Of a DNA stretch of 64,000 nucleotides, positions 26,211 to 35,324 are shown in pieces. How positions within the stretch are numbered: the first letter of the stretch is position 1; every line of letters starts with the position of its first letter. The notes under the pieces were generated by a model. The model did no database searches, was not told the DNA's origin, and was given only the letters and a program-made list of their open reading frames with translations. The position numbers were made by a program, and so were the translations under genes. Source of the DNA: Eubacteriales bacterium (lineage in GTDB: Bacteria > Bacillota > Clostridia > Oscillospirales > SIG627); contig JAZQMO010000066.1 in the NCBI GenBank assembly GCA_045543495.1, positions 3,007-67,006 on the forward strand. Reading direction: 5' to 3'.

Positions 26211-27179
26211 ATGGAACGAAATTTTGTTTATCTTTCTCCGTCTCGGGACGGATATGAAAACCTTGCCACAGATGAGTGGTTTTTGGATCACGCGGCCGAG
26301 GGCGACCTGATCCTTCATTTATATCAGAATGAAAACGCCGTCATCATCGGAAAAAATCAAAATCCGTGGATCGAGTGCGATCTGAATGCCATGGAGCGGG
26401 ACGGGGTTCAGCTGGTTCGCCGTGTCAGCGGCGGCGGTGCCGTATATCACGATGAAGGAAATTTGAATTTTTCCTTTATTGCGGGCCGGGGGCGCTATAA
26501 TCAGGAAGGGCAAATGGAATTGATCCTGTCTGCCGTTCGGTCTCTCGGAGTCCCTTGCTCCTTTTCCGGACGAAACGATCTCGTTTTTGAGGATCGGAAA
26601 TTTTCGGGAAACGCCTTTTGCCATCGGAAGAAAAACGCTCAGCACCACGGAACCCTTTTGGTCTCCTCCGATCTGGAGCGCCTCGGAAGCTATTTAACGC
26701 CCGACCCCAAAAAGATCCGTTCCAAGGGCATCGCCTCGGTGCGCTCCCGTGTGGTCAATCTTTCCGAGCTGTCTGAGAGCATCAGCATCAAAAGCCTTCA
26801 GAAGGCGCTTGTTTCCTCCTTTGAGGAGCGCTACGGCTATTACGGGGAATGGAACTTTTGCAAACAGGAGAGGGAAGAAATTGCGGCATATCGGAAAAAG
26901 CATGCCTCCCGTGAGTGGCGCCTCGGGCAAACGCCCAAGTTTGATCTGGAGTGGTCGGAACGCTTTTCCTTCGGCGGGATCCGCCTTCTCTTTTCCTTTG
27001 CAGGGGGCAGGATCGAAGGGGTAAAGGCCTATTCCGATGCCTTGGAAACCGAGCTTTGTCGGGAGATTGAAGAAAGGCTTTGCGGCCTTCCCTTCACCCA
27101 CGAGGCGGTGAAGGAAGCCCTTTCGGCCTCCTCCTTCCCCGAGTGTCAAGAAATGGCAAAGCAAAGGATCGTGCCCTGA
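26211..27179 (+). CDS. lplA: lipoate-protein ligase A
   Basis: ...NENAVIIGKNQNPWIECD...VRRVSGGGAVYHDEGNLNFSF...KFSGNAF is an LplA/LipB-family catalytic core. Confidence 0.8.
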   Translation: MERNFVYLSPSRDGYENLATDEWFLDHAAEGDLILHLYQNENAVIIGKNQNPWIECDLNAMERDGVQLVRRVSGGGAVYHDEGNLNFSFIAGRGRYNQEGQMELILSAVRSLGVPCSFSGRNDLVFEDRKFSGNAFCHRKKNAQHHGTLLVSSDLERLGSYLTPDPKKIRSKGIASVRSRVVNLSELSESISIKSLQKALVSSFEERYGYYGEWNFCKQEREEIAAYRKKHASREWRLGQTPKFDLEWSERFSFGGIRLLFSFAGGRIEGVKAYSDALETELCREIEERLCGLPFTHEAVKEALSASSFPECQEMAKQRIVP

Positions 27180-27184
27180 AAAAA

Positions 27185-27211
27185 GTGTGTGCTTCGGCAC
27201 ACGCTTTTTTT
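27185..27211 (+). terminator. rho-independent terminator after lplA
   Basis: gtgtgtgc ttcg gcacacgc followed by seven T. Confidence 0.6.
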
Positions 27212-27311
27212 GTATACAAAGAGAATGATTCAGTAAGTTTTGCTCAAATTTGACCGAATTGTCATTTTAATTGACTGTTTGATCAAAAATCTTCTATTTT
27301 GTGGTCGTGAA

Positions 27312-27340
27312 TTGACAGAATATCGAAATCGTATTATGAT
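27312..27340 (+). promoter_or_regulatory. candidate sigma-A promoter of the ceramidase-like gene pair
   Basis: TTGACA, 17 nt, then TATGAT. Confidence 0.45.
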
Positions 27341-27385
27341 ATTTGCAATTAAATTACGATATGAAATGTGCAGAAAGGAAAAACA

Positions 27386-28735
27386 ATGAAAAAACTGATC
27401 GCCGCCGTTCTTGTCTTGTCTCTTCTTTTGAGTCTTGTCTCTTGCTCTTCTTCTCTTGCGGTGACCGAGGAGCCCGATGTCACCCTCACCGAGGAGGCTA
27501 CCGCCGTAAAGGAGGAAACCGAGGAGGCCCCCATCACCTTACCGCAAGGCTTTTCCGCAGGCTTTGCACAAAAGGTGGTCAATCCCAAAAACGGGGTGGG
27601 ACTTGGTGGCCACAGCACTCACGAGACCCGTCTCAGCAAAATGATCATGGATGATCTGAAGCTTTCTGCCGTAGCGATCTCCGACGGAGAACAGATATTC
27701 CTGTTTTTTACCTTGGATGTTCTGGCGGTTTCGGAAAAGATCCTGAATACCGTCACCGGGCGCATCAGCAACCGCTTTGAAGGCCTTTCCATCCCTGCGG
27801 AAAATGTTATGATCAACGCATCCCACAGCCATTCGGCTCCCGCCATTTATGCTCAGTGTCCCGGTATCACAGGGTATTTGAAGACCCTCTATGCCGCCTT
27901 TGACGAGGTCACTGAAAAAGCCCTGCGTGACCTTTCTCCCTCCACTCTTCTGGCGGGAGAGGCCCACACTGAGAATCTGAACTGGGTTCGCCGTTATATC
28001 AGTAAAAAGGATGGCTCCTTCCTCGGTAACTGGCCCAGCCCCGAGATGAGTGCTGAGGAAGCCTATCACGAAACCGATCCCGATACTCAGCTTCAGGTGC
28101 TTTGCTTTGACCGAGGAGAGAAGAAGGACATCGTCTTGGTCAACTGGCAGTGCCATCCCACCACCGTCGGCTCCGCCACCGGAGGCGAGGTTTCCGCCGA
28201 TTGGGTCGGAGCCATGCGAGATGCGGTGGAGGAAAACGAAGAGGTGCATTGCATCTATTTTCAGGGAGCCTCGGGAAATTTGGTTCCGGACTCCGGTATC
28301 ATCGGAGAAAAGGATAACAGCACAAACCATATTCTCCACGGAAAAGATATTTCCCTTGTGGTTTCACAGGCTCTTAACAATGCAAAGCCCGTTGAAACGG
28401 GAGCGTTCTATGCCAACCGAATTCGGTTTGAAGCCACCCGAAAAAACGGTGAAGAAAAGAATCAGTTCTTTATGAGTGTATTTTCCGTGGGTGATGTGGC
28501 CTTCGCCACCGTACCCTGCGAGTTTTTCGATACACTCGGAATGTATGTGAAGGACAATTCTCCCTTCAAAACCACCTTTATGTGTGCCTATACCAACGGC
28601 ACCAACAGCTATGTTCCCACCTCTGCCGCCATGGACAACGGCGGCTATGAGCCCAAGCAAATGAGATTCGTTAAGGGAACGGGAGAAGAGATGGCACAAA
28701 AATTGGTGGATATGCTCAATAGCATCCCTTCTTAA
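27386..28735 (+). CDS. neutral/alkaline ceramidase-like hydrolase, lipoprotein paralogue
   Basis: ATG 27386 lies after AAAGGA. MKKLIAAVLVLSLLLSLVSC is a signal peptide plus lipobox. ...GFAQKVVNP...GLGGH... and INASHSHSAP resemble the ceramidase N-domain (xATHTHxGP-type motif). Confidence 0.55.
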   Translation: MKKLIAAVLVLSLLLSLVSCSSSLAVTEEPDVTLTEEATAVKEETEEAPITLPQGFSAGFAQKVVNPKNGVGLGGHSTHETRLSKMIMDDLKLSAVAISDGEQIFLFFTLDVLAVSEKILNTVTGRISNRFEGLSIPAENVMINASHSHSAPAIYAQCPGITGYLKTLYAAFDEVTEKALRDLSPSTLLAGEAHTENLNWVRRYISKKDGSFLGNWPSPEMSAEEAYHETDPDTQLQVLCFDRGEKKDIVLVNWQCHPTTVGSATGGEVSADWVGAMRDAVEENEEVHCIYFQGASGNLVPDSGIIGEKDNSTNHILHGKDISLVVSQALNNAKPVETGAFYANRIRFEATRKNGEEKNQFFMSVFSVGDVAFATVPCEFFDTLGMYVKDNSPFKTTFMCAYTNGTNSYVPTSAAMDNGGYEPKQMRFVKGTGEEMAQKLVDMLNSIPS

Positions 28736-28793
28736 AGCAGAATGAAATTTTAGATCGGATCAAGACCTGTTGGATCAAAGGAGGAAAACAATT

Positions 28794-30044
28794 ATGATAA
28801 CGGAAAAACTGAAATCGAGAGGAATCTCTCTTCCCGATGGCTTTTCTGCAGGCTATGCAAGAAAGGCGGTCAATCCCGAGGAGGGAACCGGCATGGGCGG
28901 CTGGGGCAATGAGACAGTTCGCCGTTCCACCGAGATTTTGGATGATCTTTGCGTCACCTGCACTGCCCTTTGCGATTCGGAAGAGGTTCACCTCTTTTTT
29001 ACCTGCGATGTCATCGGACTGAGCGCAGGGATCTGTCAGATCCTCGTGGACAGGATCGGGGAGAGCTTTGGCATTTCGGCAGAGCATATCGCTCTCAATG
29101 CCACCCATACCCACACGGGCCCCGGTATCAATGCTCCCAAAGCCCCCGGTATTGAGGAGTACAGAGTAAGATTTTTCGATGCCATCGAGGCAATCACGGA
29201 CGAGGCCCTTCGGGATCTTGCCCCCACCACCGCAAGAGTGGGGAAGACCGGTGCGGATCAAATGAATCACGTGCGTCGCTATGTCAGCAAAAAGGACGGC
29301 TCCTTTCTCGGGAACTGGCCGAAGCTTCAGGAGCCCGATGAGGCCTGTCACGAGAGCGAGGCAGACCGAATCCTTCAGGTGATCCGCTTTGAGCGGGAAG
29401 GAAAAAAGGATATTCTCATGGTGAACTGGCAGTGCCATCCCTGCTCCCGTATTGCAGGGGAGAAGCAAACGCAGATATCACCCGACTGGGTCTCTTCCTT
29501 CCGAAATACCGTGGAGGAAAACATGGGGGTTCACTTTGCCTACCATCAGGGGGCTTGCGGAAATTTGGCCTCCGGCACTCGTATTCTTTGCGAAAAGAGC
29601 AACAACGGATATAAGACCATGGGAAAGGAATTGGCCTACTTTGCCAAACAGGCCTTGGCGTCCGCCCGCCCCGTTTCCCTCGGCAAATTGAAGACCTGCC
29701 GCAAGGAATTGGAATTGATGAGAAGCCCTGTCTGGATGCAATACAAAGGGGTGAAAAAGGACTGTGAAACGGTTCGCATCAGCGTTCTTTCCATGGGAGA
29801 GATCGCCTTTGCCACCGTACCCTTTGAATGGCACGATTCCCTCGGCCGAGCAGTTCGGGATTCTTCTCCCTTTACCATGACCTTCGTTTGCGGCTACACC
29901 GGCGGCCATCAGGGATATCTTCCTGCCGCCTTTTGCTGGGAAAACGGTGGTTACGAGGTGAAAAAGTGTCATTTTCCCAAGGGCACGGGCGAAATGATCG
30001 CCCGGCTCCATATCGAGCTTCTTTCCAAGCTCTATGAAGAATAA
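28794..30044 (+). CDS. neutral/alkaline ceramidase-like hydrolase, leaderless (cytoplasmic) paralogue
   Basis: ATG 28794 lies after AAAGGAGGA. It is collinear with the upstream paralogue (LPDGFSAGYARKAVNP..., LNATHTHTGPG, ...NWQCHP...) but has no signal peptide. Confidence 0.55.
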   Translation: MITEKLKSRGISLPDGFSAGYARKAVNPEEGTGMGGWGNETVRRSTEILDDLCVTCTALCDSEEVHLFFTCDVIGLSAGICQILVDRIGESFGISAEHIALNATHTHTGPGINAPKAPGIEEYRVRFFDAIEAITDEALRDLAPTTARVGKTGADQMNHVRRYVSKKDGSFLGNWPKLQEPDEACHESEADRILQVIRFEREGKKDILMVNWQCHPCSRIAGEKQTQISPDWVSSFRNTVEENMGVHFAYHQGACGNLASGTRILCEKSNNGYKTMGKELAYFAKQALASARPVSLGKLKTCRKELELMRSPVWMQYKGVKKDCETVRISVLSMGEIAFATVPFEWHDSLGRAVRDSSPFTMTFVCGYTGGHQGYLPAAFCWENGGYEVKKCHFPKGTGEMIARLHIELLSKLYEE

Positions 30045-30085
30045 AACAGTCGGCCTCTTTTTCCAAGGCTCCCCTTTGGCGCAAT

Positions 30086-30129
30086 AAAAAAACGTGTGCA
30101 GATGCAGAAGCTGAAGCACACGTTTTTTT
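30086..30129. terminator. bidirectional terminator
   Basis: aaaaaaacgtgtgc ... gcacacgttttttt between convergent genes. Confidence 0.55.
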
Positions 30130-30140
30130 CTTTTATTCGG

Positions 30141-30956
30141 TTATTCGGTAATCTTTTTGTAAATGGCGTCAAGGGCGCTTGTGTCATAGCCCTCCACAAG
30201 GCCTCTGTCCACCAGTGCGGCCAAGGTGGGATCAATGGGGAGCTGAGCAAAGGCAGGAATCCCGAAGCGCTCAGCGGTCTCCTTTACACGGCTCTCTCCG
30301 AAAATGCTGTGCTGCTTGCCGCAATCGGGGCAAACATAATAGGACATATTTTCCACAAGACCCAAAATGGGAATGTTCATCAGTCTTGCCATCTTCACAG
30401 CCTTTTCCACGATCATGGAAACCAATTCCTGAGGGCTTGTTACAATGATGATACCGTCCACAGGGAGAGATTGGAACACCGTCAGGGGAACGTCCCCCGT
30501 TCCGGGAGGCATATCCACATACATATAGTCTACATCGCCCCAGTTGACATCGGTCCAGAACTGCTTGACGGTACCTGCGATCACAGGGCCGCGCCAAACC
30601 ACGGGATCCGTTTCATCCGGCAAAAGAAGGTTCAGGCTCATAACCTTCACTCCTTCACGGCTCTCAAGGGGGATCAAGCCGTCTTCATCTGCCTCGGCAC
30701 GCTGATGAATTCCAAACGCCTTGGGAATGCTGGGACCGGTCAGGTCAGCATCCAGGATGGCGGTCTTTTTCCCGTTTCGTGCAGTATGTGAAGCCATCAG
30801 GGAGGTCACAAGGCTCTTGCCTACGCCGCCCTTACCGCTGACGATTCCGATTACTTTTTTTACATTGCTGTTTTTGTTGGTTTCTTCCAAAAAGCTTTCT
30901 TTTCTTTCGCTGCAATCCTGTCCGCAGGTTTTGCAGTCGTGGGTACATTCGCTCAT
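30141..30956 (-). CDS. Mrp/NBP35 (ApbC-type) iron-sulfur cluster carrier ATPase
   Basis: N-terminal Cys cluster CTHDCKTCGQDC, deviant Walker A SGKGGVGKS, and the CPDCGK CxxC motif. Confidence 0.85.
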   Translation of the reverse strand: MSECTHDCKTCGQDCSERKESFLEETNKNSNVKKVIGIVSGKGGVGKSLVTSLMASHTARNGKKTAILDADLTGPSIPKAFGIHQRAEADEDGLIPLESREGVKVMSLNLLLPDETDPVVWRGPVIAGTVKQFWTDVNWGDVDYMYVDMPPGTGDVPLTVFQSLPVDGIIIVTSPQELVSMIVEKAVKMARLMNIPILGLVENMSYYVCPDCGKQHSIFGESRVKETAERFGIPAFAQLPIDPTLAALVDRGLVEGYDTSALDAIYKKITE

Positions 30957-31021
30957 TTTTTCTACCTCGCTTTCATCTTATATCATTATAGATGCTTTTC
31001 TTATTTTGTCAAGAATTCACC

Positions 31022-31050
31022 TTTACATTTCATCTTTTTTGTATTATAAT
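31022..31050 (+). promoter_or_regulatory. candidate sigma-A promoter of the lnt-recD2 operon
   Basis: TTTACA, 17 nt, then TATAAT. Confidence 0.4.
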
Positions 31051-31090
31051 ATAAATTTAGTGAAGTGTTGCTCGGAAAGGAGGAGAAGGA

Positions 31091-32647
31091 ATGAACCGTG
31101 TGCAGGCTTTTGTTCGGTCCCCGTGGGGAAAAATTTGCCTTTCTGCGCTCCTTGCCGCCCTCCCGATGACCTTTCCGTCTTTGTTTCTTCTTTCTTGGGT
31201 GGGATTTGTTCCGTTCTTTCTTGTGATCCTATCTTCCTTGGGAGAAGGAAATTTTTTTCAGGCCCTTTTCCGCGGTGCCTTTTTCGGCTTTTGTTATCAC
31301 TTCTTTGTGTATTTTTGGTTTTTGTGGCTTTATCCCTTGGATTTTGCGGGGCTGGATGATCTGTCCTCCCTTGCTGTGGTGCTTTTGGGCTGGATCGGCA
31401 TCAGTTTTGTCCACGGTCTGCTTTACGCCCTCCCCACCTTGGCCTGTCATTTTGCGGGCAAGAGGATCCGAAACGCTCCCTTCCTTCTGTTTCTTGCCAT
31501 TGCGATGATCCTTTTGGCTCAGAGGATCACCGAGGCATCGGAAATTGCCTTCCCTTGGCTTCACGTTGCCTTGGGGCAATACCGTGCCCCCGTTCTGATC
31601 CAATCGGCATCCCTCTTTGGCATTGAGGGAGTGGATTTTCTCATTCTTGCCTTTTGTGCGCTGATCGCTCTGTTTTTTCATCAAAGAGATAAAAAGAGAT
31701 GGGGAAGCCTTCTTTGTGCCGTCCTTTTGTTTGCAGGGAATCTTTCCTATGGCCTCGTGTGCCTGAACCGTCCCTCGGGCACGGATCCGATCCGTGTTGC
31801 CGCCGTACAGGGCTGTATCCTTTCGGGGGAAAAGTGGAGCGGCTCCTCCTCGGCCACGGATACTTATTTTTCCCTGACGAGAGAATGTGCCGATGAAGAC
31901 ATTGATCTTGTGGTGTGGCCCGAGAGCGCCCTCCCCTCCAATTTGAAGCTCCACCCCGATCTTTTGGCGCTTCTTCAGTCCCTTTCGGGAGAGGTGGATA
32001 CACCCATCCTTACAGGCTGCTTTTGGAAAAACGGAGTTCAGAGCACCAACAGTGCCGTTCTTTTGACCGAAAACACCGTGTCCGAGCCTTATTCCAAGCG
32101 GCATTTGGTTCCCTTCGGGGAAAGAATGCCCTACCGAGCCTTCTTTGAAACCTTTTTTCCCTTCTTGGGAGAGATCAATATGCTCTCCTCCGATCTTGCC
32201 GCAGGGGAGAGCAGTGCCCTGATGGAGCTTGGCGGAAAAAAGCTTGGCACCCTCATTTGCTTTGAATCTCTCTTTCCCTCTCTTGCCTCGGATAGCGTGA
32301 AGGACGGCGCACAGCTGCTTGTTCTGGTTACCAACGATTCTTGGTATGAGGATTCCCCCGCCGTGTGGCAACACCTTGCCCACGCCGTGTTCCGCAGTGT
32401 GGAGACCCGCAGAAGCACCGTGCGCTGTGCCAATTCGGGCGTTTCCGCCATCATTGATGAAACAGGCCGCATCACTCGGGAGCTTGGCCCCTTAAAGCAG
32501 GGCTTTTTGGAGGGGGAGGTCTCCTATTGCGATGAAATCACCCCGTTTGTTTCCTTTGGCCCTCGGGTTCTGTATTTCTTGGGAGCAGTCCTTGTCCTTT
32601 GGGGCCTTGGTCTGTGCCTGAGAGAAAGGAGAAAACGATATGAGTGA
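31091..32647 (+). CDS. lnt: apolipoprotein N-acyltransferase
   Basis: N-terminal polytopic domain plus a CN-hydrolase domain with the catalytic triad contexts VVWPESALP (Glu), SKRHLVPFGERMPY (Lys) and LICFESLFP (Cys). Confidence 0.8.
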   Translation: MNRVQAFVRSPWGKICLSALLAALPMTFPSLFLLSWVGFVPFFLVILSSLGEGNFFQALFRGAFFGFCYHFFVYFWFLWLYPLDFAGLDDLSSLAVVLLGWIGISFVHGLLYALPTLACHFAGKRIRNAPFLLFLAIAMILLAQRITEASEIAFPWLHVALGQYRAPVLIQSASLFGIEGVDFLILAFCALIALFFHQRDKKRWGSLLCAVLLFAGNLSYGLVCLNRPSGTDPIRVAAVQGCILSGEKWSGSSSATDTYFSLTRECADEDIDLVVWPESALPSNLKLHPDLLALLQSLSGEVDTPILTGCFWKNGVQSTNSAVLLTENTVSEPYSKRHLVPFGERMPYRAFFETFFPFLGEINMLSSDLAAGESSALMELGGKKLGTLICFESLFPSLASDSVKDGAQLLVLVTNDSWYEDSPAVWQHLAHAVFRSVETRRSTVRCANSGVSAIIDETGRITRELGPLKQGFLEGEVSYCDEITPFVSFGPRVLYFLGAVLVLWGLGLCLRERRKRYE

Positions 32648-34865
32648 TCGCTCCGATCTTATCACCGTAGAGGGGGAGATCGAGGATATTGTGTACCAAA
32701 GCGATGAAACAGGCTATACCGTCTGCTCCATTGAGTGGGAGAGAGAGCCTGTGACCTTGGTTGGCATCCTTCCCAGCCTGATGGTGGGCGATGCCGTCCG
32801 TGCCATGGGAACCTGGGTCAATCATCCCACCTACGGCAAGCAGTTCAAGGTCAGCTATTTTGAAAAGAGTATGCCTGCGGATGAAAACGCCATGCTCCGA
32901 TATCTCTCCTCCCGTGCCGTCAAGGGGATCGGCCCGAAGCTGGCGGAAAAGATCGTCCGTGCCTTCGGAGACAGTACCTTTGACGTGATGGAGAACAATC
33001 CCGATCTCCTATCCGATATTCCCGGTATTTCCGTGCGCCGAGCCCGTGCCATTTCCGAATCCTTCCGAGAGCAGTTCGGCGTGCGCAATATTATGATGTT
33101 CTTCAGCGGATATTTCGGTATGACCACCTCCGTGCGCATTTATAAGCGCTGGGGGAACCACGCCGTGGATATCGTCAAGCGGGATCCGTATATTCTTTGT
33201 GATGAGATCTACGGCATCGGCTTTGAACGGGCAGATGCTATGGCCGCAAGCCTTGGCCTGAATAAGGATTCTCCCGAGCGGATCCGTGCGGGGCTGCATT
33301 TCGTGCTCCGCTTTAATTCCTCGGCCAACGGCCATACCTATCTTCCCGAAGAAAAGCTGATTCAGGCCGCCGCCCGCCTTCTGGATTTGGAGGAGGATCA
33401 GGTGGGAGGGGTTCTTGCCTCCCTCTGCTGTGATGCGGATCTGATCCGAAACGATGCCACAAGCGACCACGCCGTGTATCTGCCTGAATTTTTCCACGCC
33501 GAGACCCGCTCGGCCTCCCGCCTTGCGGAGCTCTCCCGTGTCAATCTCTACGGCTCCATTGCCGATTGTGATGCCCTCATCCGTCAGGTGGAGGAGCAGG
33601 AGGGGCTCAGCTATTCTCCCCGTCAGCTTGCGGCCATTCGCCGTGCCGTGGAAAGCCCCGTCACCATTTTGACAGGCGGCCCCGGAACGGGAAAGACCAC
33701 CATCGTCAAGGCCATTGTCAGCCTGTTCGGTAAGGTGGGAATGAATACCGCCCTTTGCGCTCCCACAGGCCGTGCCGCTAAGAGAATGACCCAGTCCACA
33801 GGATACGATGCCAAAACCCTGCATCGCCTGTTGGAAATGGAGTATTCTCCTGACGAGAGAGTCAAATTCTGCCGCAACGAAAAAAATCCCTTGGATTATG
33901 ATGCCGTCATTGTTGACGAATTGTCCATGGTGGATATTCAGCTGTTTTCTGCCTTTCTGCAGGCCGTTCGCCCCGGTACCCGCATCGTTCTCATCGGGGA
34001 TGCGGATCAGCTTCCCAGCGTGGGAGCGGGGGAGGTTCTCTTTGATACCATTGAAAGCGGCGTGTTTGAGGTCTGCCGTCTGGATCGTATCTTCCGTCAG
34101 AGCGGCGAGAGCGATATTGTGGAAAACGCCCACCGCATCAACCGTGGAGAGAGTCTTGTCCCCTCCAAAAAGGACGGAGACTTTTTCCTGATGAATACCC
34201 GCTCTGTTTCCGATGCCGCCGATACCGTGGTTCATCTTTGCAAAAGCCGCCTTCCCGCCACCTACGGCATTGAAATTCAGGAAAATCTGCAGGTGCTCAG
34301 CTGTACCCGAAAGGGAGAGCTTGGCACCGTCAATCTGAATCTGCGCTTGCAGGCGGCCCTCAATCCCGCTTCCCCCGAAAAGAGGGAAAAGAGAGTGGGG
34401 GAGACCGTTTTCCGTGAAGGGGATAAGGTGATGCAGATCCGCAATAATTACGATGCCGAATGGGTCATGGCCGACCGTGAGGACATCTGCGGAATGGGTG
34501 TGTTCAACGGTGACATCGGAAAGATCGTCTCCGTTTCGTCGGAATCGGAGTCTGTCAGCGTGGATTTTGACGGAAAGATCGTCACCTATGCCTTTGAGGA
34601 TCTGGGAGAGATCGAGCACGCCTTTGCCGTGACCGTGCACAAAAGTCAGGGAAGCGAATACCCCGTGGTGATCTTCCCCGTGTTCAATCCGCCTCCTATG
34701 CTGGCCACCCGAAATCTCCTGTATACAGCGGTGACCCGTGCCAAGAAAATGGCCATTATGGTGGGGGATAAGCCCAGTATGGACCGTATGATTGCAAATA
34801 ACAGTATTTCCAGAAGGTATACGGGCCTTCGGGAAATGTACCGAGTGTTTGGAAAGAAAAAATGA
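32640..34865 (+). CDS. recD2: SF1B ATP-dependent DNA helicase RecD2
   Basis: Walker A TGGPGTGKTT, VDELSMVD, the HhH region and a C-terminal SH3-like region ...HKSQGSEYPVV.... It overlaps lnt by 8 nt. Confidence 0.9.
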   Translation: MSDRSDLITVEGEIEDIVYQSDETGYTVCSIEWEREPVTLVGILPSLMVGDAVRAMGTWVNHPTYGKQFKVSYFEKSMPADENAMLRYLSSRAVKGIGPKLAEKIVRAFGDSTFDVMENNPDLLSDIPGISVRRARAISESFREQFGVRNIMMFFSGYFGMTTSVRIYKRWGNHAVDIVKRDPYILCDEIYGIGFERADAMAASLGLNKDSPERIRAGLHFVLRFNSSANGHTYLPEEKLIQAAARLLDLEEDQVGGVLASLCCDADLIRNDATSDHAVYLPEFFHAETRSASRLAELSRVNLYGSIADCDALIRQVEEQEGLSYSPRQLAAIRRAVESPVTILTGGPGTGKTTIVKAIVSLFGKVGMNTALCAPTGRAAKRMTQSTGYDAKTLHRLLEMEYSPDERVKFCRNEKNPLDYDAVIVDELSMVDIQLFSAFLQAVRPGTRIVLIGDADQLPSVGAGEVLFDTIESGVFEVCRLDRIFRQSGESDIVENAHRINRGESLVPSKKDGDFFLMNTRSVSDAADTVVHLCKSRLPATYGIEIQENLQVLSCTRKGELGTVNLNLRLQAALNPASPEKREKRVGETVFREGDKVMQIRNNYDAEWVMADREDICGMGVFNGDIGKIVSVSSESESVSVDFDGKIVTYAFEDLGEIEHAFAVTVHKSQGSEYPVVIFPVFNPPPMLATRNLLYTAVTRAKKMAIMVGDKPSMDRMIANNSISRRYTGLREMYRVFGKKK

Positions 34866-35314
34866 AATTAACGAAGAAAAAACGCCTTTTGCTTCTGGCG
34901 GGCTGGACCGCCTTTTTGGCCCTTGTCTATTTCGGCCTCGGGAATACAAAATGGACTATGCCCATTACCTATTCCTATTTTGCCCTTTGCCTTGTATTCT
35001 CCATTCTCTATGTTCTCATCAACGGCGGCATTACCCCCATCATGGAAAAGGATCGGGAGAAGGAAAAAAAGTCTCGGGAACAGTATTTGGCCGATAAGGG
35101 CAAAGCCCATCCCATCAAAAAAAGGGATAAATACCGTCGCTTCCGCATCAAAAAGGAGGAAGAGACCGTGGAGGAAAAGCCCTCCGTTCCCCGTCCCAAT
35201 CCCTTGGGACTCCCCGAGGAAAAAAGGGAGCTTCTCGGTCAGATCCTTTTGATCGTGACCGTTCCGTTTTATCTGATCTTTCTCATTGATTGGATCGTTT
35301 TATACTTTTTTTGA
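34862..35314 (+). CDS. small membrane protein, unknown function
   Basis: ATGA overlap with recD2. It has three hydrophobic segments separated by a Lys/Glu-rich loop. No family recognised. Confidence 0.4.
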   Translation: MKLTKKKRLLLLAGWTAFLALVYFGLGNTKWTMPITYSYFALCLVFSILYVLINGGITPIMEKDREKEKKSREQYLADKGKAHPIKKRDKYRRFRIKKEEETVEEKPSVPRPNPLGLPEEKRELLGQILLIVTVPFYLIFLIDWIVLYFF

Positions 35315-35324
35315 AAGGTGAATT

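Noticed and set aside
33009-34949. 646-aa open frame antisense to recD2
   Set aside because: It is fully nested opposite a helicase with clear SF1 motifs. The translation is low-complexity (G/H/I/A-rich), and there is no RBS or sensible start context. Similar long antisense frames occur opposite many genes here (231-1394, 31229-32383, 52463-53761, 57793-58770), so this is a codon-bias artefact rather than a gene.
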